Assembly: GCA_001724245.1 (NCBI GenBank)
Contig: MEDX01000019.1
Coordinates: forward strand, 50,206-70,205
Source: Fonticula-like sp. SCN 57-25
Lineage: Eukaryota
DNA: 20,000 nt
Direction: 5' to 3'
Shown: in pieces, positions 10,409 to 17,756 of the stretch
Layout of the letters: each line of letters begins with the position of its first letter
How positions within the stretch are numbered: the stretch's first letter is position 1
Position numbers and translations under genes: made by a program
Notes under the pieces: generated by a model
Seen by the model: only the letters and a program-made list of their open reading frames with translations
Told to the model about the DNA's origin: nothing
The model's database searches: none

Positions 10409-12562
10409 ATGGCGAAGCGGCTGATCAGGAAAGCGACTGTTAAGACGCACAGTAGTTGGGTATGACGTTGTTTCTTCTTCTCACGGCGTGCTGTTGGTCT
10501 GGCGCTGATTGGGTTTTCAGATGGAAGGGTGCGCCATTTCCCCGGATGGCAAATTTGTGGCAACTGGCAGTGATGACTTTACGCTCTGCATCACCGATAT
10601 TTCCACGCGGGAAAAGGTGTACACAGTGCAGTATGGTGGTGAACATGTACGTGCCTGGATGTCCGCTCTAGTTCTGATCCTCGCGTTCAAGGTGTATGGT
10701 GTCGCGTGGTCGCCCGATGGGACGCGCCTTGTCGCTGTGACGGGCTACATAGGCGTCAACGGGGGGGGCACTGTCATCGAAGTTACAAACAACAATGCTC
10801 ATTCGGCCGTGTACGAGAACAAGCATGAGGTAAGCATCTCTGGGCCGTTCTTACGTTGCTCATTACGTGTCTAGTTGTCTGGATGCGCGTTTAGCCCAAG
10901 CGGTATCCTTGCCATCGGTGGGTTTGATCGGGCAGTGACTCTCTTAAACCCGTCCAACAACTATGCAGTTGTGCAGAAACTAACCGGATTGGCTAGTATT
11001 GTGCGTTGCCAAATAATTACCGTTTTTACTCACAATTGACTGTGCAGGTGAACCGTCTTGCCTTTTCTCCTGACGGTAATCTGCTTGCGGTGGGCTGCAC
11101 TAAAGGCCACATATACGTTTATCGACTGACCAGAGGCAGGTGGGCAGAAGTAACAATTTTGAAGCATTATTCAATTAGTGTACGATACTTGCATTGCTAT
11201 TTTAATTTGCGTAGCTGATTAATACTAGATAACGTCCCTATGCTTTAGTCCCTCTGGCCGCATGCTATTGGCTACAAGTGAACGCATGACTGCTTCCATC
11301 TGGGATGTTCCATCTGGGATGTTCCATCTGGAACCAGGTGGATATCTGCTCCTTGCGTAAAACTGGACGATGTGCAGAATGTACGAGTTCCCGCGTATAT
11401 TAAGTTTGCCCTTCCATTCGGCGGCGGTGCCTTCTTTGAAGATGACTTTGTCGTCACTGGTTCATATGGTAAATCTCTCTGCATTTGGCGCACCTCTGAT
11501 GGAAAGCAGACTGCAAAATACGACTGTGACGCAGTGGTATGTCACTCGCTAGTCTATTCTGATTGCTTATTCCTATGGTTTCCAGGTAACGTCATTGTCG
11601 TATCATGCTGGGTCTGGTACCATTGTAGCTAGTCTTTTCGATGGTCGCGTTGAATTTTGGGAACAATTCGTCCTACCCGCTCATGCGTGCGTCCGCGAGC
11701 GGCTGGCGGAGGCGCAGGCGCAAGTCAAGGTAATCGAAGCGTCACTTGAGAAAGTAGACGATGGATTACATCAGCAAATGTCACGTGAGCAGGAACTGAA
11801 GCAATCCATCTCCGACCTTGAAGCCAAACGTACGAACTTCATGTCACGCAAAAGTTACGCCACGTAGGCTTTCTCATTTATTTCAATTGTATAGTGGCGA
11901 GCGAGCAGCAAACACTCAAGACACTACAAACTGACGAGTATATTGCACAGTCGCGTGAACTTACTATGCTGAAGGAGTGGCATAGTGATCTGCTCGGTAT
12001 CATTCATGTGTGCACGCAGACACTTGACAGCTTGACGGATTGTCTGCTGGTTTCTGGATTGGAGGACCTTCGCGGGGATGCCTTCAAGGAGTGGCTGTGC
12101 GATATTGGCATGCACGACCTGCAAACTGTATTGAAGGACACGAATGGGAGCATGCTGACGATGCGCAACGTGGAAAACGTGATGGAGTATGGTGTGTCAT
12201 TCCAAGATGCCGCCGCTCTTCAACTGCGCGGCTACATTGCACATTACAAGCTGAGTGATGACAGCACATTTGCCCCGCCGAGTGATAGTATTCTGTCGTG
12301 GAACGAAGCGCAAACGGCGGACTGGATTAAGACTCTGGATGACCAGTACGACTCGCTCGCTGCTGGAGGCTTGCACGGCGCGGCGCTCTGCTCGATGTCA
12401 TCTATGCGCGTGGTTGATATTAGCAAGGGCGCCCTTAATGCCCCCGACGCCGTCAAGTTTATCGAACTGGTGCGTGAAAAGCGAAGGGAGGTGGACGGCG
12501 ACAAGGACCCGTGGGTGGCCAAGTGGAGTGGGGCGAGTACAATTGATAACCAAGCTGCCTAG
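10409..12562 (+). pseudogene. WD40 (7 blades)-coiled coil-tandem SAM-like protein, copy 1; frameshifted by a 14-bp tandem duplication (pseudogene, null allele or assembly error)
   Basis: Exons 10409-10459, 10521-10646, 10692-10829, 10875-11000, 11048-11179, 11229-11536, 11586-11829, 11895-12562. WD motifs AISPDGKFVATGSDD, VAWSPDG, LAFSPDGNLLAVG, LCFSPSGRMLLATS. SAM-like FKEWLCDIGM..NGSML and LSWNEAQTADWIKTL..LHGAALCSM. TTCCATCTGGGATG duplicated at 11294-11321 gives TAA at 11358-11360; removing one unit restores a 593-codon frame colinear with copy 2. Confidence 0.8.
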
Positions 12563-12620
12563 CGCCCTCCTCCTTCTTTCAATGTAGTACAGTTTATTAT
12601 CCTTTTCTCTTTCAGTCTAT

Positions 12621-12666
12621 CTTTATCTAGTCCACTTTATCTAGTCTACTTTATCTAGTCTACTTT
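12621..12666. repeat. ~3.3 x 14-bp tandem repeat CTTTATCTAGTCYA downstream of WD40-SAM copy 1
   Basis: Units at 12621-12634, 12635-12648, 12649-12662, partial 12663-12666. Confidence 0.9.
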
Positions 12667-13273
12667 CGGAATACAATAATTAATAAGACTATCACGACTT
12701 CCATTATACTATGCCGCCTATGCGATTCCGCCGGGCACGCGTCAATAGTGACCTAAGAAGGCGCGCGCAGCGCTCACAGCCACCATGAGTTGTGCGCTAA
12801 AGTATGCGTGACAACCGCGCTGCATACAGAGCACACTCATATTCGTTTCGGTCGTCTCGCGCCATTCGGGGCCGCCGCGGCGGCCGCCAGCCGCCGCCGC
12901 CGCCGCGCCCAATCAGAATCAGAAACGATTTTGGCTTCAACGCAACATCGTGCAGTCCGCGGCAGATATAATACTACAATATTACCGCGTATACTGAATG
13001 GCGCCGGTCGCTGCCGTGTACTTGGATGCCCATCGGGTTATTTGCTCTGCTGCGCCAGGTCCGGCGTTCGGCACAAAACAATCAACAAGGTTGCCGCAGT
13101 GCTGCGCCGGAGCGGGAGCGCGTCCAAGAAAGGAAACGTCACGATCAAGTTGCAATCGGCCTGGGTGGTCTTTCATTTTTTACACACAAATCGCCGAGCA
13201 ATTATGAAAGGTCACGAGCCGGCTCTGCCCGACCCCTCGGCAGTGCCTTTTGTGCTCCACGTCGATCGTCGGG

Positions 13274-15467
13274 ATGGCGCAGCGACTCGTCAAGAAGGCG
13301 ACTATTCAGCCGCACACACAGGATGTGCGTCGCGCTTCTCCCGCCGCGCTTGATCTGACGGTTGCTTGCAGGTGTTTGGGTGTGAGATTTCCCCCGACGG
13401 CACGCTGGTTGCGACCGGCAGCTATGACAACTCGCTCTGTATTACCAATACTGCCACGCAGGCAAGGGTGTACAAGGTCGAGTGTGATAATCACGTACGT
13501 GCGTGGATGTCTGCGATTGCTCTGACCATCGCGTAGGTGTATGGTGTCGCCTGGGCGCCCGACGGCAAGCGCCTCGTCGCCGTGACGGGCCACATGAGGA
13601 ACGAGGCGGGCTCGGTCATCCAGGTCACCAACAACAAGGCGCACGCGACTGTGTACACGACCAAGGCGCACGTACGCATCATGATGGTCGGGGCAATCGC
13701 GCTCACCCTTGCGTAGCTGTTTGGATGCGCGTTCAGCAGCAGCGGCATCCTCGTTGTCGGCGGCGATGACAAGGCAGTGACGCTCTTGGACCCGTCCAAC
13801 AACTATGCCATTATCAAAAAGTTTACTGGACTGACTCGCTCTGTGCGTTTGCGTCTGCTTGCCCGCTGTTGCTTACGTTTGGCGATTCGCCTTTTCGCCC
13901 GATTCGAATGTGCTCGCCGTGGGATGCGACGGCGGCCACATTCACATTTACGCGCTGGTCAAGGGCAAGTGGGAAGAAGTGTCTGCTATCGAGTACCACA
14001 ACAGCTGGGTACGACATTTGTTTTCTTTTATTTCCACCGCTCACTGTTGCTAGATCAACTCGCTCTGCTTTAGCCCTTCCGGCCGCATGCTGCTGGCGAC
14101 AAGTAATGACAAGACCGCCTCTGTCTGGAACGTCCCCTACGGCACCATGTGGTCGTTCACTCCCCGCGTTGCGCTCAAGGGCCACAAGAGCGCCGTCAAC
14201 GGCGGCGCCTTTCTCGGCGACGAGTCGCAGGTCGTCACGGGCTCTGTCGACAACTCGCTCCGCACGTGGAGCACCGTGAACGGCGCGCAAACTGGAAACT
14301 ACGACTGCGGATATGTGCGCCATGCTCTTTTCTATTTCTATATTGCTGACTGTGCTTAAAGGTGTCGTCTTTGTCGTACCACGCGGCTTCCGGTCTCGTT
14401 GCAATTGGCCTGTACGACAATGGCATCGTTGAGCTGATGCAAACTGCCCCCTATATTGCACCACCCGCCGCCGCAAAGGCCGCTCCCCAAGCCGCCCCTC
14501 AGGTCGCTCCTCAAGCTGCTCCCCAGGCTGCCCCGAAAGCCGCTCCTCAAGCTACACCTACTCATCATGTAACCTTTAAAGATGCCCCTCAAGTCATTCC
14601 CGCGCACGCGTGCGTCCGCGAGCGACTGGCCGAGGCGCAGTCGGAAGCCATGGAGATCAAGGCGTCGCTCGACAAGGCAGACAGCGGACTACGTCATCAG
14701 ATGGCACGTGAGCAGGAGCTGCTGCGCTCCATTGCCGAACTCGAGGCCAAGTGTACGCACATGCTTGACCTTGGAGCTCTGTTGCTGACATGTGCCTAGT
14801 GGCGAGCGAAAAGGGCGCGCTGGCGAAGCTGCGCGCTGACAAGAATGTCACGCAGTCGCACGAGCTCGGCGACCTTATGAACCGCTACAATGCGCTGCTT
14901 GACGTCATCCAAGACTGCACCAAGACGGTTGACAGCTTGACAGACTCTCTCGCAACATCTGGGTTGGAGGACCTTCGCGGTGAGACCTTTAAGGAGTGGC
15001 TGTGCGACATTGGCCTTGGCAAACTGTAAACTGTTTTGAAGGAGATGGACGGAAGCACGCTGACGATGCTCAACGTGGACAGCGTCATTGACTATGACGT
15101 CATCTTCAACGACGCCGCCGCCCTCCAGCTGCGCGGCTACATTGCGCACTACAAGCTCAGTACTGACCGCGCATTCGCCCCGCCACGTGGCAGTGTGCTC
15201 TCATGGGATGCGACGCAAACTGCAAACTGGATCAAGACGCTTGGTTCTACCTTTGCCAGTTTGGCCTCTGCTGGCTGGCACGGCGCTGCGCTGTGCTCGC
15301 TTTCGCCGCCACGTGTCGTTGAAGCAAGCAAGGGCGCCCTCAAGGCCCCCGACGCAGTAAAGTTTATCGGACTGGTGCGTGCAAAGCGAAGCGAAGTGGA
15401 CAGCGGAAAGGAAGCGTGGGTCGCCAAGTGGAGCGGCGCGAGCACAATCGATAACCAAGCTAAATGA
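13274..15467 (+). pseudogene. WD40 (7 blades)-Ala/Pro/Gln linker-coiled coil-tandem SAM-like protein, copy 2; in-frame TAA and a missing splice acceptor
   Basis: Exons 13274-13324, 13372-13494, 13537-13671, 13717-13842, 13877-14008, 14054-14314, 14362-14752, 14800-15467; intron positions match copy 1. TAA at 15027-15029 aligns with CAA (Gln) at 12122-12124. Intron 4 (13843-13876) ends in TTAC and contains no AG. Confidence 0.8.
14467..14560 (+). repeat. Coding 12-nt degenerate repeat encoding (AAPQ/VAPQ/AAPK)n, copy 2 only
   Basis: AAAKAAPQAAPQVAPQAAPQAAPKAAPQATP; copy 1 runs directly from EFWEQF to VLPAHACVRERL. Confidence 0.85.
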
Positions 15468-15768
15468 ACGCATCATATATCTCGATTTTGAATACCTATA
15501 TACTATACATGATTGATATCCATACCCCAATATATTATATCCATACGCCATATTGTATCAGAAATATGTCCTGGCGAGTGTTTCTTTATGATTAAAAAGT
15601 GATGGAAAAAGGGCCAATGCCTAGAATTATCGTGTATTACACTCGTACAAGGCAAGATATGAATTTGGAAACTCGACAGTTCCCACGTGCTTCCACGCCG
15701 GCGCCGCCCCTCAGCTAGAGGAGCAGCGCCACGTAGCCGCTCGTGGTCTTCTGTTCATATCAGTCTTC

Positions 15769-16710
15769 CTAGCGGCGGCGCTTGACGGGCTTCCACTCCT
15801 CGGCTTCCTCGACGAGCCTTCTGATAACATCACTGTCAATCGTCTGCCCCGCCACGTCCTCAAAGAACGACGCGTCGTTGAGCAGGTTGTTGATGTCGTC
15901 CTGGTAGGTTGACATGATTGACGTGCACGTCGAGCCGGTCGGGTCGTGCACCTCTGACGCGGGAATGACGCGCGGGAGTGTCTTGATGGGGCACTGCGAG
16001 TTTGGCGGGAGGTTGCGGCACGCCGAGCAGCTGTGCACCTTGCTTGTCTTTGGCTTGTTGTGGACCTGGTGCATCTGCGAGCACGGCACGACAAAGGTCG
16101 GAAAGTAGTCGGTGAAGCACATGTAGCACTTTTGGCTGACCGTGTGGTGCGACGGGAACGACGTCCACATGTACGCGCCCTTGCCGTCGTCGCGCTTGCA
16201 CGTCACGCAGCGAAAGTGGCCCTTGCCGATGGGCTCCTTGTCCTGGGGGATCGCCTCGAGGCTGAGGCCGCAGCGCTTGTTGCTCGTGCAGCGCGCGACG
16301 GGCTTGCGGACGGGAACGCGCTTCATGAAAACGTGGTCGCACTGGCCGCAGCCAAAGAGGCGGACGTGGTGCTGCTCGACGGACTCGGTGTGCGCGCGGA
16401 GGTTCTTTTCGGTGAGAGGGATGCCGCCGGAAAGCGAGGAGGAGGCGGGGGCGACCGACATGCCAGAGAGGGCGAGCGCCATCGCATCGTCCTCAATGTC
16501 GGACAAGTCAAAGTCAGAGCCTTCGTCGCCTTCGTCAGAGGAAGCGGAGGAGACCTCGGCGGCGGCAGCAACGGCAGCAGCAGCGGCGGCGCGGCGGGAC
16601 CCGTCGGGATGATTGCGGCGGCGCGCGGTCAGCACCGAGGGATCAGGGGCGGTGGCGGGTTTGTGGTCGGAGGGGCGGGTAATGCTGCCATCATTGCGGC
16701 GGGGCAACAT
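15769..16710 (-). CDS. SHFL: Shiftless (SHFL/RyDEN/C19orf66, UPF0515) family Zn-ribbon protein, 313 aa, intronless
   Basis: Colinear motifs against human SHFL as recalled: PLTEKNLR~[33 protein letters not shown]~[43 protein letters not shown]~EPVPADK..GLAEFHCPKCR; QKCYMC~SPCYGC; KVHSCS~[29 protein letters not shown]~[30 protein letters not shown]~EDLDNLI. Confidence 0.88.
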   Translation of the reverse strand: [313 protein letters not shown]

Positions 16711-17155
16711 GGTGAATCAAAGATGGTCCGAAGAACTGTCACGCAGGAAGAGCGCAAAGGCGACGAAAGAAGAAAAATGCCCCGATTCTTATAGGGAAAG
16801 AGTTGGCAACTTGCTGGTTGGCAAGTGCCTGGCAGACATGCAAACTGCTTGCAAAGCCCCCCTTCGGAATCAGGAGGGAATCAGTCGAGAATCAGTATAA
16901 ATCAGAAGTCAAAAGAAGGACCGGCGACAGCCCTGAAGTGTAGCCTGCAGCTAGAGGCGCATGTGTGCTCGTTGTTGGTCGACCTGGCGTCGTTACATGT
17001 CTCACAATATCGTGGTCCCTCTGTGATCTTTCTCTGCATCCTCGGCACTGCAACCTTATAGTCGATTGCGATCGCGATTGGTTGATCGCAAATTGACAAA
17101 TTGACAATGTTTTCGTTTGGGGGGCTTTTTGTCTTTTTCACACACCATCGCCATC

Positions 17156-17613
17156 ATGGGTCTCGCTGTACGTCTCGGCATTTTTTGTGGCGAGGCTTGT
17201 AGCTGCTGTTTTTGTTGATTCCACCTCATTACCATGCCTTTTTTCTCACTGTTGTTTGTAGGAGGATTTCGCCGCCGCCGCCGAGGCTGTCAACAAGTTC
17301 ACCTCCAAGCCGACTGACGAGGAGCTCCTCAAGATCTACGCCCTCTACAAGCAGGGCACCGTCGGCGACGTCAACACTGGTGCGTCTATTTGCTTGTTAT
17401 ATTCACTCTATTAACATTGAATAGCCCGCCCGGGCATGTTCGACCTCAAGGGCAAGTACAAGTGGGATGCCTGGGATGCGCTCAAGGGTGCGCATCGACC
17501 TCCCCCTTTCCGACTGTTCTTAACACCTCCTGATCGTTGCAGGCAAGTCCCAGGAGACCGCCCAGACCGAGTACGTTGCTTTTGTCAACGAGCTCAAGGG
17601 CAAGTACGCGTAA
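17156..17613 (+). CDS. ACBP: Acyl-CoA-binding protein, 87 aa
   Basis: Exons 17156-17167, 17262-17379, 17425-17487, 17543-17613 give [87 protein letters not shown]. Confidence 0.97.
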
Positions 17614-17756
17614 GCAGTACCCCCCTCTTTTTGTGCTGCGCCTTTTGTACAATGGAGCCGCGTATTAAAATCCACCCCAAACAATTGTCCCACACCCCAA
17701 AATCATACGTGAAATCCACCCCAGACTGTGACACACGCACCTGCTTGACCGCCGAC

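Noticed and set aside
11307-11404. Cryptic intron that could rescue the copy 1 frameshift
   Set aside because: The only good donor (GTACGA 11381) lies after the stop; upstream GTs are either out of phase or poor matches (GTTCCA) to the donor consensus.
10256-12666. Short 14-15 bp repeats as CRISPR-like arrays or transposon ends
   Set aside because: Head-to-tail with no spacers, no terminal inverted repeats or transposase, eukaryotic context.
12790-13273. 187-aa ORF upstream of WD40 copy 2
   Set aside because: Non-ATG start, no motifs, contains a GCC run and CCAAT box; likely promoter or leader.
15027-15029. In-frame TAA aligned to Gln, suggesting a TAR=Gln genetic code as in some aphelids and ciliates
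   Set aside because: ACBP ends at TAA and PSP1, TMEM97, SHFL and WD40 copy 1 end at TAG at their expected C-termini; long exons contain no other internal TAR. Single substitution or error.
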